A stretch of DNA of 51,629 nucleotides from Chthoniobacteraceae bacterium (GTDB taxonomy: Bacteria; Verrucomicrobiota; Verrucomicrobiia; Chthoniobacterales; Chthoniobacteraceae): contig JANNWY010000155.1 in NCBI GenBank assembly GCA_031409335.1, forward strand, positions 1-51,629, in the 5' to 3' direction. Numbering within the stretch: position 1 is the first letter of the stretch; each line of letters starts with the position of its first letter. The notes below the pieces were generated by a model. That model ran no database searches. It had not been told where the DNA came from and was given only the letters and a program-made list of their open reading frames with translations. The position numbers and the translations under genes were made by a program. This document shows, in pieces, positions 18,228-28,088 of the stretch.

Positions 18228-18602
18228 ATGCTTTCCGTCTCCCGCATTCGCGAATTTCTCCGGCATCCCGACATCGACATCCGCCTCGCGGCGGCGCGTT
18301 ATTTCCATGAAGCGCAGGATTGCGGGGACGCGACGATGGAGGATTGGTGGGCGGTGGTGGATGGGTTGGGATTTGAGCCTGCGCGGACGCTTTTGCATTG
18401 CCTCGACGAAGTGCCGGAGACGAAGGCGACGGTCGCGCGATTTTTTGCGGAGTTGCGGAGGCCATTCCGAGCATCACCCGCGACCCGCCGTCGTACGAGG
18501 ACCACCGGAGCCGGGCTCGCTATTGGACGGAAGCTGCGTAGTGCGAGTCAAGTCGCGGGTGAAGCGCGAGGAGGGCGGCGATGCGACGGACGTGTATGGT
18601 GA
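18228..18602 (+). CDS. Hypothetical protein, possibly a truncated remnant
   Basis: Protein-like N-terminus (LRHPDIDIRLAAARYF). The C-terminal part overlaps the convergent RM gene and looks non-coding. Confidence 0.3.
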   Translation: MLSVSRIREFLRHPDIDIRLAAARYFHEAQDCGDATMEDWWAVVDGLGFEPARTLLHCLDEVPETKATVARFFAELRRPFRASPATRRRTRTTGAGLAIGRKLRSASQVAGEARGGRRCDGRVW

Positions 18603-21600
18603 ATTCGAGTGCTTCGGCAGCGGTGAGCGGGCGTCCGAGCAGGATGGCTTCCCGGTAGCTGAGCCATTTCTTGAGCACTTGATAACCACCGAGCATGTAG
18701 CTCCAAACCGCATCGGGCACGTCGCGCCAGCAAGTCGTCGCGTTCAGGTGGATGTCCACGAAACCATCGCCCCGCGTGCCGCTGCGGATGTCGCCGGGGC
18801 CGGGCATTACCACGCCACCCTGCCCGGCGCGGCCCCAGCGGGCGGCGAGCGCGAGATCGGGCGTTTTGGGTTTGGCGGTCGCGGCGACGGTCAGTTCGCC
18901 GAGGCCGGTCAGCTCGGGGTGAAGTTTCTTATCGGTTACGCCGGGCACTTCGATTTCGGGATTGAGGAGGGCGGCGACTTGCCGGCCCAGCGCGGCTCCG
19001 GCGCGCAGCGTTTCGGCGGAAAGCGGGAGCGGCACGCGCGGCCAATCCTGCCGCAAGGCTCCGGCGTTTTCCGTGCGGTAAGTCGGGGCGTGCAGGATCG
19101 CGACGATGTGAAAGAAAAGGTCTTCCGGTTGCGCGCCGAGTTGAGCGAGGTAGTCGCGGGCGAAGGGCGTGAGATTCGGCACGGGCTGGCCGTCGCCACT
19201 GCCGAGGCCGTCGGCGAACATGTCGGGTGTCTCGCGGACGACAGACGTCGTGTCTGGCGGACGAATGTAGAGCGGGAAGAAATTTGAAGCACCATTTGCG
19301 AAATGGTCGGCAAGTCGTCGCGAGATCGTTCCGCGAGCCCAAACATCTTTCGCTTCCTGTTGCCGACACTCGATCCAGAAGTTTTCAGCGGACAAATTTG
19401 CAACAAATTCGGGGCGCTTTTCGTTCAGGAGCTTTGTGTCCGGTTCCCAGTATATCCAGCGCAGGTCGAATGGTCGGAATAGGTAGCGCATGAAACCCTC
19501 TTTGCGGATTCCACGAGATTGGAGAAAGCGCCGGGTGGCAATCGGCTCAAAACGGTTTCTCACCTCCATGATGACAGGATCGATCAAAGCCATTTCGGCA
19601 TCGCTAACGCCTTTGTCGAAGTAAGCGGCCATCTTTGTTTGAAGGCGCTCAAGATCAATTGAGATCACGCTTGAATCGCGGGCTGTGATTACGCCGGGGA
19701 ATGATTTGCCTAAAACGTCTGTCAACGATGCCCATTCATGATAGTCGGCGCGCACTTTGATCGGGAAGAACGGCAGGCCGAGCGGGAGCGATGGCTTGAG
19801 TTTTTCGTAGCCGGTTTCGTGGTCGAGCGACGCGAGCAACTCGGCGCGCTTCTCCTTTCCCCACCAGTGGCGGAATTTCACTTCGACCACATGCGGCTTT
19901 GGCGGCTTCGCTTTCGCCGCAGGCTTCTTTGCCCGGAAGTCGAGCGACGGTTGCGCGGGCGGTGGGAAGACTGGCCTTTTCGGCTCCACCGGACGCGGCC
20001 ACCGCTCCAGCAGCGCGATGGCGGTGCCGACCTGGATGCCTTCGCGGTTGTGCTCGGCGCTGAAGACGCTCGGGTCGGGCGTGCCGTCGGGGGACTTTTT
20101 CCCGGTCTTGTATTTGTCGCCATTGAGACAATCGACGGTGATGCGGTCGAAGACTTCGAGGAAGCGCTCGCGCATTCCCGGATGCGAGAGACCATCGAGC
20201 CACGAGTAGTTCGAGATGTAGCAGACGATGCCGTGGGCTTCGGGCGCGGGCGGCTGCGCGCCGGGCACGTCCTTGTCGGGCGCGCTCTCCACGATGCGGC
20301 GCTCGGCCATGCGGAAAAAGCGGATGTAGAGATCGTTGAGACCCTGCCCCTGCGGCTTCGCCGCGGCCTTCGTTTCGCGGTAGGCTTCACTGAGCGCGCG
20401 CTCTTCCTGCATGGAAATCCCCGCGTAGCCGTCGTAGGGCGGGTTGCCGATGATGACGAGGATTTCGGCCTCGCGTTTCACCCGGTCGGCGGCATCGCGC
20501 TCGGCGGCGAGCTCGGGGAAAAGCAGCGTCTTCGGCTCCTCGGGCGGCACCCAGCCGGTGAGCGCGTTCGTGAGGAAGACGCCCGCGCGTTCGGCCTCTT
20601 TTTGCTTCTCACCCTTCTTCGCCTTTTCCGGCTCGTGCAGCAGCGGTGCGCCGAGTCGCGCGAGCAGGAGATCGATCTGGAGATGGGCGATGACGTAGGG
20701 CGCGGGGAGCAGCTCGAAGCCGAAGAGGCGCGTCTGCGCGGCGAGCTTGGTCTGGAGCTGGGCTTGCGCTTCGCCATCGCTTTCCTTCAAGCGTCCGTAG
20801 ATGAGCCGCAGCGTCTCCACGAGATAGGCGCCGGTGCCGCAGCAGGGATCGAGGACGACGACGCGCGGATCGGCGAGTCCATCGGCGATGCCGTAATTTT
20901 CCTGCAAGGCACGGTCCACGCGGGCGACCATGTATTTCACGATTTCCGGCGGCGTGTACCAGACGCCGAATTGTTTGCGCAGCTCGGGATCGAACTCGGC
21001 GAGGAAGGGTTCGTAGAAATACTGCACCGCTTCGCCGAGGCGGAAGTGCTGGAAAAAGGCGGCGCGCTCGACGCGGTCGAGGGTGGCTTCCGTCCAGTCG
21101 AGCACTTCCTCCAACCCGAGATCGCGGAGCTTTTGCGGATCGGCGAGCTGATGAAACAGCGAGCGCAGGACGGGTAGGCCGAGATGGTAGGCGGCTTCGC
21201 GCCAGCGGAAGCGGTCGCCGGGTTTGGGGTTGCCTTCATTCCACAAAACCCAGGCGGAGAAGACGCCGTAGAAGAGTGTCTGGATGAGTGTGGAGCGGAA
21301 GAAGTGCGCGCCTTTTTCGCCCTCGAAACGGATGCCGAGCGCTTCACCGAGGGCTTCGCTGATCGGGGCGAGGGCGTTGCTTTCCGCGCCTTCCACGCGG
21401 GCGCGGGCTTCGCGGGCGTAGCTGGCGAGGTAGGCGGCAAGATCGCGCGGAGCGGCGAGCCGGGCGCGGAGGAGCAGGACGCGGCGGAGATATTCCGTGA
21501 GCCGCTCGGCGAGCAAGGCGTGGTCTTTCGCATGGCGCGCGATTTCCCAGAAAGCGTCCGCATTTTCCGCGAGAAGAAAGGTCTCGCCGGGAACGGGCTT

Positions 21601-21990
21601 GGCGGCCTCCCAAGTCCAGATTGCGAAACTCCGGTAGTTCGTCAGGAGAATTTGTCCGTAGTGTTCGAGATAGCCGCGCACCTGCGGGGTTTGCGCCTGC
21701 GCGCCAAGGTCGTGATCGACGGGCTTTACTTCGAGCACGCCGCGCTCGGGTTTGAGCTGGAAGAGCGAGGTTTCGTCGGGGTTTTGCTTCAGCTCTTTTG
21801 CGGAAAAGAAACCGCCATCCGGCAAGCCCGCGCCGCTGTTCGAGGGGTGGATGACGGCGCGAATCTTCGGCTTCAGCGTGTAGCCGATGGCGTTGATGAG
21901 ATTGGCGAGGGCGGGGTAGCCGGAGGTTTCCGCCGTGCCCGCGCGGCGCACCGCGTTCAGATCGGCCAGGTAACTTTCGAGCAGCGTCAT
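18520..21990 (-). CDS. Single-chain restriction-modification enzyme: N-terminal PD-(D/E)XK nuclease, N6-adenine MTase, Type ISP-like C-terminal specificity domain (no helicase)
   Basis: PDGG...EVK, FYEPFL, GVWYTPPEIV, LDPCCGTG (motif I), GNPPY (motif IV), YLFRPFD, RQDWPRVP, GGYQVLKKWLSYRE. Start at MTLLESYL. Confidence 0.85.
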   Translation of the reverse strand: MTLLESYLADLNAVRRAGTAETSGYPALANLINAIGYTLKPKIRAVIHPSNSGAGLPDGGFFSAKELKQNPDETSLFQLKPERGVLEVKPVDHDLGAQAQTPQVRGYLEHYGQILLTNYRSFAIWTWEAAKPVPGETFLLAENADAFWEIARHAKDHALLAERLTEYLRRVLLLRARLAAPRDLAAYLASYAREARARVEGAESNALAPISEALGEALGIRFEGEKGAHFFRSTLIQTLFYGVFSAWVLWNEGNPKPGDRFRWREAAYHLGLPVLRSLFHQLADPQKLRDLGLEEVLDWTEATLDRVERAAFFQHFRLGEAVQYFYEPFLAEFDPELRKQFGVWYTPPEIVKYMVARVDRALQENYGIADGLADPRVVVLDPCCGTGAYLVETLRLIYGRLKESDGEAQAQLQTKLAAQTRLFGFELLPAPYVIAHLQIDLLLARLGAPLLHEPEKAKKGEKQKEAERAGVFLTNALTGWVPPEEPKTLLFPELAAERDAADRVKREAEILVIIGNPPYDGYAGISMQEERALSEAYRETKAAAKPQGQGLNDLYIRFFRMAERRIVESAPDKDVPGAQPPAPEAHGIVCYISNYSWLDGLSHPGMRERFLEVFDRITVDCLNGDKYKTGKKSPDGTPDPSVFSAEHNREGIQVGTAIALLERWPRPVEPKRPVFPPPAQPSLDFRAKKPAAKAKPPKPHVVEVKFRHWWGKEKRAELLASLDHETGYEKLKPSLPLGLPFFPIKVRADYHEWASLTDVLGKSFPGVITARDSSVISIDLERLQTKMAAYFDKGVSDAEMALIDPVIMEVRNRFEPIATRRFLQSRGIRKEGFMRYLFRPFDLRWIYWEPDTKLLNEKRPEFVANLSAENFWIECRQQEAKDVWARGTISRRLADHFANGASNFFPLYIRPPDTTSVVRETPDMFADGLGSGDGQPVPNLTPFARDYLAQLGAQPEDLFFHIVAILHAPTYRTENAGALRQDWPRVPLPLSAETLRAGAALGRQVAALLNPEIEVPGVTDKKLHPELTGLGELTVAATAKPKTPDLALAARWGRAGQGGVVMPGPGDIRSGTRGDGFVDIHLNATTCWRDVPDAVWSYMLGGYQVLKKWLSYREAILLGRPLTAAEALEFTIHVRRIAALLALHPRLDSHYAASVQ

Positions 21991-22193
21991 CGGATCGCGC
22001 GTGGCCAGACAGCCGGGCGCGTTTGGGAAAATGATGAGCCGCAAGTCGCTGCCGATTTCATACGCCCGGCTTTTAGGACATGAGCCCAGTGGCGAGAAGC
22101 ACAATCAGGATGACGACAGCGGCGCTGGTTTGCGCGACTGGCTTCCCGACAAACCGCTCGCCTGAATCGCGGCGGATCACTAGCGTCGCCGCC

Positions 22194-23324
22194 ATGCCTA
22201 CGCTCGCCGCCACCGTCGATGGACTGAAGTTGCCGAACCCATTCGTCATCGGCAGCGGTCCGCCGGGGACGAATCTGAACGTCATCACGCGCGCTTTCAA
22301 AGAAGGCTGGGGCGCGGTGATCGCGAAGACGGTGTCGCTCGATTCGAGCAAGGTCGTGAACGTCACGCCGCGTTACGCGAAGCTGTATTCGTCGGATCGC
22401 AGCGAGGTGATCGGGTGGGAGAATATCGAGCTGATCAGCGACCGGAAGTTTTCCATCTGGCTCGACGAATTCAAGAAATGCAAAGACCAGTTCCCCGACG
22501 GCGTGCTCATCGCGTCGATCATGGAAGAGCTGAACAAGGACGCGTGGATCGAGATCGTGGAGCGCTGCCAGAATGCCGGCGTGGATGCGTTCGAGTTGAA
22601 TTTTTCCTGCCCGCACGGATTGCCCGAACGGAAGATGGGTGCGGCGATGGGTGAAGATCCGGCGATTCTCGAAGAGGTCTGCGGCTGGGTGATGAGCGCC
22701 GCGAAAAAGCCGGTATGGGCGAAACTCACGCCGAACGTGACGCACATCGAAGACCCCACGCGCGCGGCGCTGCGCGCGGGATGTCACGGCGTGAGCGCGA
22801 TCAATACGATCCGCAGCGTGATGGGCATCGACCTCGATACGCTGCGGCCCGAGCCGAGCGTCGAGGGTTACACCACGCCGGGCGGTTATTCGTCGCGCGC
22901 GGTGAAGCCGATCGCGCTGCGGATGGTGATGGAAATCGCGCAGGTGATTCGGAAGGAATTTGCCGGCCGCACGCTGTCCGCGATTGGCGGCGTCGAGACG
23001 GGGCGCGATGCCGCGGAGTTCATCCTGCTCGGCGGCGACACCGTGCAGGTCTGCACGGGCGTGATGAAATTTGGCTACGAACACGTGAAGCCGATGTGCG
23101 ACGAACTGCTTGCGTTCATGGCGAAGCACCAGTTCGAGACGCTCGCCGATTTCAAAGGCAAGTCGCTCGACTACTTCACCACCCACGCCGATCTCGTCCG
23201 CCGCCAGACCGAGCGCAAAGCTGCGCAGAAAGCCGCTGCCGAAACGAAGAAGATGGTCGCTGCGGATGGCGAGTGGAGCGGCGACGATTTTGTAAAACAG
23301 TCGAACGATCTCGCGCGGGGCTGA
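22194..23324 (+). CDS. preA: Dihydropyrimidine dehydrogenase catalytic FMN subunit (PreA/PYD1 type, no C-terminal ferredoxin domain)
   Basis: NPFVIGSGPPGTN, KTV, GWENIELISDR, NFSCPHG, AKLTPN, AINT, GGYS, VQVCTG. Confidence 0.88.
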   Translation: MPTLAATVDGLKLPNPFVIGSGPPGTNLNVITRAFKEGWGAVIAKTVSLDSSKVVNVTPRYAKLYSSDRSEVIGWENIELISDRKFSIWLDEFKKCKDQFPDGVLIASIMEELNKDAWIEIVERCQNAGVDAFELNFSCPHGLPERKMGAAMGEDPAILEEVCGWVMSAAKKPVWAKLTPNVTHIEDPTRAALRAGCHGVSAINTIRSVMGIDLDTLRPEPSVEGYTTPGGYSSRAVKPIALRMVMEIAQVIRKEFAGRTLSAIGGVETGRDAAEFILLGGDTVQVCTGVMKFGYEHVKPMCDELLAFMAKHQFETLADFKGKSLDYFTTHADLVRRQTERKAAQKAAAETKKMVAADGEWSGDDFVKQSNDLARG

Positions 23325-23391
23325 GAAGCTCGCACGCCGCGACATTTTAGACGCTCGCAAAGATTCGCGCGGGCATGGCAGTGTCCCGCGG

Positions 23392-24249
23392 ATGAAACTT
23401 CTCCCAACGCTCTCCGCCACCCTTGCCCTCATCGTCTGCGCGCACGCCGCACCGATCAAAGTCCTGCTCATCGATGGGCAGAACAATCATGCGTGGGCGA
23501 CCACTTCGCCCGAGATCAAAAAGATTTTGGAAGAACCGGGCATCTTCACCGTCGATGTCGCCACCGCGCCGCCGAAAGACGTGACCGATTTCAAGCCGGA
23601 CTTTGCCGCGTATCAGGTCGTCGTTTCCAACTACAACGGCGCGCTCTGGTCGCCCGCGACGCAGGAGGCTTTTGAGAAATTTGTGAGCGGCGGCGGCGGG
23701 TTCGTGCCCGTCCATGCGGCGGACAATTCCTTCCCCGAATGGAAGGCCTACAACGAAATGATCGGCCTCGGCGGCTGGGGCGGGCGCAATGAAAAGAGCG
23801 GCCCGTATCTGCGGCTGCGCGAGGGAAAATGGACCGGCGACACCACGCCCGGCAACGGCGGCGGCCACGGCAAGCAGCACGCTTTCCTGATGGTCACGCA
23901 CGCGCCCGAGCACCCGATCATGGCCGGCCTCCCCGCAAAATGGATGCACGCGCAGGACGAACTTTACGACCGCCTGCGCGGCCCGGCGAAAAACGTGACC
24001 GTGCTGGCGAGTGCCTATTCGTCGAAAGAGAAAGGCGGCACCGACCTCGACGAACCGCTGCTTATGACGATCGAATACGGCAAAGGCCGCGTCTTCCACA
24101 CCGCGCTCGGCCACGGCATGGAGGCGATCAAATGCCAGGGTTTCGCGACCACGCTGCAACGCGGCGTCGAGTGGGCGGCGACGGGAAAAGTGACGCAGAA
24201 AGTGCCAGCGAATTTTCCGACGGAGACGGCGGCGAGTTCGCGGCAGTAA
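23392..24249 (+). CDS. Secreted ThuA-domain (class I glutamine amidotransferase-like) protein
   Basis: Signal peptide; GQNNHAW, HAADNSF, HPIMAGLP, DELY, YGKGRVFHTALGH. Confidence 0.88.
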   Translation: MKLLPTLSATLALIVCAHAAPIKVLLIDGQNNHAWATTSPEIKKILEEPGIFTVDVATAPPKDVTDFKPDFAAYQVVVSNYNGALWSPATQEAFEKFVSGGGGFVPVHAADNSFPEWKAYNEMIGLGGWGGRNEKSGPYLRLREGKWTGDTTPGNGGGHGKQHAFLMVTHAPEHPIMAGLPAKWMHAQDELYDRLRGPAKNVTVLASAYSSKEKGGTDLDEPLLMTIEYGKGRVFHTALGHGMEAIKCQGFATTLQRGVEWAATGKVTQKVPANFPTETAASSRQ

Positions 24250-24296
24250 GTGTTTCCCGGACGGCAATCGCTTTCGCCGCACTTTTCGCTTCCCCT

Positions 24297-24947
24297 GTGA
24301 ACCAGCGCATCATCCAGCAGATCGGACGCAGCCAGCGCTTGAAAGTCGTGAACGCGCTCAAACGCACGCAAGGCCTGCCCGTGCGCGATCTCGCGGCGAA
24401 GCTCGACATGTCCTACATGGGCGTGAAGGACATTTGCACCGACCTCGAAAAACGCGGCTTCCTCGACACGTGGCGCAAGCCGCAGAAAATGGGTCGCCCG
24501 CTGATGCTCTACCGGCTCACGCAGCGCGCGCACGAGCTTTTCCCCGCGGCGAGCAATCCGATGACGATCGAGGTGCTGGAAGCTGCCCAAAGGCTCTTCG
24601 GCCAGTCCGCCGCCGAAAAACTGCTGCTGACCGTTTTCCAAAAAAAGACCGAGCATTTCAAAACCAAGCTCAAGGGAACCACGGTCGCCGAGCGCGCGAA
24701 ATGGCTCGCCCGCCTGCGCGATCACGATGGCTACATGAGCGATTGCGAAGCGACCGACGGCGAGGTCCGCATCATCGAGCACCACTCGCTCATTCTCGAT
24801 CTCATCCGCGCGTTTCCGATCGTCGCAAAGCTCGAATCCGAAATGATCGGCCGCCTGCTCGGCGCGCCCGTGCGGCGCGAGGAGAGCAGCGTCTCCGGGC
24901 TCTACTGCGTCACGTTTTTTTGCGGGAATGCTCCGGGCGCGGAGTGA
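24297..24947 (+). CDS. Winged-helix transcriptional regulator (ArsR/SufR-like, COG2345 type)
   Basis: GTG start. VRDLAAKLDMSYMGVKDICTDLEKRGFL...GRPLMLYRLTQRAHELFP; LARLRDHDGYMS. Confidence 0.75.
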   Translation: MNQRIIQQIGRSQRLKVVNALKRTQGLPVRDLAAKLDMSYMGVKDICTDLEKRGFLDTWRKPQKMGRPLMLYRLTQRAHELFPAASNPMTIEVLEAAQRLFGQSAAEKLLLTVFQKKTEHFKTKLKGTTVAERAKWLARLRDHDGYMSDCEATDGEVRIIEHHSLILDLIRAFPIVAKLESEMIGRLLGAPVRREESSVSGLYCVTFFCGNAPGAE

Positions 24948-25557
24948 ACGCGCGAATCGCCACAAGGCCGGCGCACCAGCCGCCGAGGACATCGACGACG
25001 TGATGCTGGTGCGTGAGCAGAGTGGAAAGGGCGATGGCAAACGCCCAAGTCCAGAGCATTGCCCGACCCGCCGCGCCGGTGTGCCGGGAAAAGGCGGCGA
25101 TGCAGCAGACGGAAAGCGCGACGTGAAGCGACGGCACCATGTTGTAGTCGAGATTCAGCCGGTCGGCGAAATGAAACAGGCCGGCCCAGATGCCGAGGTC
25201 GCCGGGTGGGGCGAAAGCGGCGCGCGACGGCAGCAGCAGAAAGGCGACGCCACCGATCAGCGTCGCGAGCGCGAGGGCGCGGATGAGCGCGGTGAATTCG
25301 CGGCGCTCGCGGACGATGAACGGCCCGGCGAGGAAGAGCAGGTAGATGCTCATGTAGATGACCACTGCGCCGGGGATGAGCGGGATGGAAAGCTCCACCG
25401 GCAGATGGATGGGCACGCGCAGGCTGCGGTGCGCGGTGAGCCAGTCGCAGCCGCCAAAGACCAGCGCGAACCAGACGCCATTCACCGCCGAGAGCAGCCA
25501 CGCATACCGAAGAAACGGCCAGCCTGGCCATCCGAGAAATCGTTCCCCGCGAGTCAT
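24910..25557 (-). CDS. PAP2-superfamily membrane phosphatase/phosphotransferase (Aur1/IPC-synthase-like)
   Basis: Multiple TM segments; NMVPSLHVA and STLLTHQHHVVDV catalytic motifs. Confidence 0.78.
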   Translation of the reverse strand: MTRGERFLGWPGWPFLRYAWLLSAVNGVWFALVFGGCDWLTAHRSLRVPIHLPVELSIPLIPGAVVIYMSIYLLFLAGPFIVRERREFTALIRALALATLIGGVAFLLLPSRAAFAPPGDLGIWAGLFHFADRLNLDYNMVPSLHVALSVCCIAAFSRHTGAAGRAMLWTWAFAIALSTLLTHQHHVVDVLGGWCAGLVAIRAFTPRPEHSRKKT

Positions 25558-25588
25558 TGGTCCTATCTGTCCCATTCGTCCCATCTCC

Positions 25589-26530
25589 TCAAACGGCCAA
25601 CACCTGTAGCAATGCCGCGAGCAGCGGTCGCTCGCTGATTTGCGGACGGAGATAGTGGTCCGCGCCCCAGACGGGGCAGAGCTGACCGGGCCAGCGCGCC
25701 GCGTCGGCGAGCAGGATGGAGCCATCGTTTGGGCCGAAGGCTGCGAGCCGCGCGTGGCAGCGGCGGGCGAGGCCATTGCGCAGATGCCGCCGCAGTGGAA
25801 AACCGACGACGTGAATCGCGCGCAGATGCGCGGGCAGCGTTAGCGGAAAATCGAGCGCGCATCCCGGGTAGCGCCTCATGTCGGCGAGGAAATCCAGCGA
25901 CCGTCCGCGGATCCGATAGACGAAGCGATTTGCGCGCGCGAGCAGGCTCGGCGAGAGCAGCCAGTCGGCCATCGGCGTGCCGTCGAGGATGCCGCAAAGA
26001 TTCACCCAGCCGCTCACGCGCTCGAAAACGCGCTCCGCATCCGGTCGCGCCAACGCGGTTTTCAAATCGCTGCCGCCTTTGCTCACGGAGACGAGGATCA
26101 GCGGGCCTGCGCGCCGGGCGAGCAGCCACTCGCAGATCACGTCCGCGTTTTCCGCGAGCGAGCCGGTGCTGGAAACGGGGATGACTTCGACCGGCAGACC
26201 GAGCTGCTCCGCGACCTCCCGGGCGACGCGCCCGTCCGCGCCGGTGCGCGGATTTTCACGATGGAAAGCGCCGGGCACGATGACTACGCGGACGCCGATC
26301 TTTGGCGCAAGGTCGCGCGGCTCAGCAAGCGCGCGGAGAAATAGCCCGTGCCGCTCTGACTCCACGATTCGCCGATGCAGCAGCGCCGTCGCAAAGTCGC
26401 AGCCTTCGCTTGCCGTCAGCGTGCGCATTCGCTCCGGCGTGAGCGCTTCGAGTCCGCCGTCCCGGCGCGAGACACGCTTCCAGATTTCACGCTCCTCGTC
26501 GTCTGCGGGCTCGGTAAAGAAATGCGTCAC
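25589..26530 (-). CDS. Alpha/beta-hydrolase-like protein (lipase/acyltransferase-like)
   Basis: GTG start coupled to the upstream stop. VVIVPG, ILVSVSKGG (nucleophile-elbow-like), GTP, PNDG, ADH. Confidence 0.6.
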   Translation of the reverse strand: MTHFFTEPADDEEREIWKRVSRRDGGLEALTPERMRTLTASEGCDFATALLHRRIVESERHGLFLRALAEPRDLAPKIGVRVVIVPGAFHRENPRTGADGRVAREVAEQLGLPVEVIPVSSTGSLAENADVICEWLLARRAGPLILVSVSKGGSDLKTALARPDAERVFERVSGWVNLCGILDGTPMADWLLSPSLLARANRFVYRIRGRSLDFLADMRRYPGCALDFPLTLPAHLRAIHVVGFPLRRHLRNGLARRCHARLAAFGPNDGSILLADAARWPGQLCPVWGADHYLRPQISERPLLAALLQVLAV

Positions 26531-27105
26531 GCGCGCCGTCCGCGCCTCCCGAGCAGCCAGCCGACGAACGCACCGGCAAGCAGCCCGCCGCCACCGATCC
26601 ACGGCAGCGCTTTTGTCGCCGCGTTCAGCAGCGGATTGTCGAAGATGTTGTCCGAGGTGTGCAGGCTGGCGACGAGCCACTTGCCGTCGTCTTTCACCAG
26701 GGTCGCCGACCAGCGCCCGGTGAAATCGAACTGCTTTCCGCCCGTGAGCGTGAAGTGCTCGAGCGCGCTCCCAAACGCGATCGCGGTGTCGCCACCGTGG
26801 AGGATGCTGAGTTCATCGACGTTCACATCCGCGCCGAATTTTTCGACGACTTTGGTCGGACCTTTCAACATTCCGTCGAGGTATTTGCGGACGCCATCGC
26901 GCCCGCGGCTGACGGCGGCGTTGTGCCAGGTGACGACGACATTTGGGTGGAGAAAAGCGAGCTGCGCGTCGATGTCGCCCGCGTTCATCCCCGCCAGCAA
27001 TCCGTCGCGGACGGCGCGGAGTTGGGAGTGCGCGGGGTCTTCCTGCGCGTGGGCGGCGAGGGTGAAAATGCACGCGAGTGCGGTGGCGAAGAGTTTCGTT
27101 TTCAT
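26527..27105 (-). CDS. NTF2/SnoaL-like (DUF4440/YybH) exported protein with C-terminal membrane anchor
   Basis: Signal peptide; NAGDIDA, GRDGVRKY, WLVASLHTS; C-terminal TM plus RRGRR. Confidence 0.75.
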   Translation of the reverse strand: MKTKLFATALACIFTLAAHAQEDPAHSQLRAVRDGLLAGMNAGDIDAQLAFLHPNVVVTWHNAAVSRGRDGVRKYLDGMLKGPTKVVEKFGADVNVDELSILHGGDTAIAFGSALEHFTLTGGKQFDFTGRWSATLVKDDGKWLVASLHTSDNIFDNPLLNAATKALPWIGGGGLLAGAFVGWLLGRRGRRA

Positions 27106-28088
27106 GCGAGGGCGGGTTGGGGTTGTGGCGCGGGCGCGGCCTCCTGCGGCAGCGCGACGAGCCAGTGGAAAAAATCGATCATGTCCGCGTCCGCCTCGAC
27201 GAACCGCGCCGCGTCGTAGCGCGTGCCGCGGAGTTTGCGGGCTTCATCGGCGAGGTAGCCGTGGGTGAAAAAGAGGCGCACCGCAAGCGCGAGCGGGTTC
27301 GTGGGCCGGGGCGCGAGGACGATGCCCTCGCACTGCGTGTGGCCGTTTTCGAGCGGACGCGTGACCATGAGGAAGCGGCTCCGCGCGCGCTCGAAATCGC
27401 CGGTGATGCACACAAACGTCCCGCCCCAAACGGTCAGCGAAATTTCCACGATCTTTCCCGCCGTCAGCCGTAGCACGCGGTCGAGGGGCGTGCGGCCGAG
27501 CACTTCGGCGCGGTAGCGATTGCGGCGTGCGAACGGCGCAGGGCAGTCGATCTCCGGCGGCGCGAGCAGGCGGCGATCATGCACGGCGTCGAAGTGCTGG
27601 CGGTCGAAGGCGTGCGCGGAATTGACGAACCACGAACAGTCCGCTTCGTAGCGAAAAGCGCGGCCCGCGGCGTACTCGTCCGCACTTTCGCCGAGGAAAA
27701 ACGGGAGGGGAAAAAGTGGTTCGAGGCCGTTGAAGAAGAAGACGTAGCCGTGACGCTCGATCACCGGAAACGTCCGCTGCCGCGCAAACCGCGGCACCTG
27801 CGCGACGCCCGGAGTGTGGGTGCAAATGCCGTCGGTGCCGTAGCGCCAGTTGTGATACGGGCAGACGATTTCATCACCCGCGACCTGCCCGCAGCCCAGG
27901 TCCGCGCCCATGTGCGAGCAGCGCGCATCCATCACCGCCAGCGCGCCGCTCTCCCCACGAAACGCCACGAGCTGCCGACCCAGCATCGCCTTCGACACCG
28001 GCCCGCGCGCCACTTCCGCGCTCGCGCCAAAGAGATACCAGGACGCTGGATACTGCGCGAAGAAGTCGATCGACGGCGCGCGTGTCAT
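27102..28088 (-). CDS. Rieske non-heme iron oxygenase alpha subunit
   Basis: CSHMGADL...CPYHNW Rieske motif; D-x2-H-x4-H mononuclear Fe site (FDRQHFDAVH). Confidence 0.88.
   Translation of the reverse strand: MTRAPSIDFFAQYPASWYLFGASAEVARGPVSKAMLGRQLVAFRGESGALAVMDARCSHMGADLGCGQVAGDEIVCPYHNWRYGTDGICTHTPGVAQVPRFARQRTFPVIERHGYVFFFNGLEPLFPLPFFLGESADEYAAGRAFRYEADCSWFVNSAHAFDRQHFDAVHDRRLLAPPEIDCPAPFARRNRYRAEVLGRTPLDRVLRLTAGKIVEISLTVWGGTFVCITGDFERARSRFLMVTRPLENGHTQCEGIVLAPRPTNPLALAVRLFFTHGYLADEARKLRGTRYDAARFVEADADMIDFFHWLVALPQEAAPAPQPQPALA

Noticed and set aside
25554..25590. Short 9-nt-period tract (ggtcctatc/tgtcccatt/cgtcccatc) before the PAP2 gene
   Set aside because: Single arm with no partner IR; probably a REP remnant and too weak to list as a feature.
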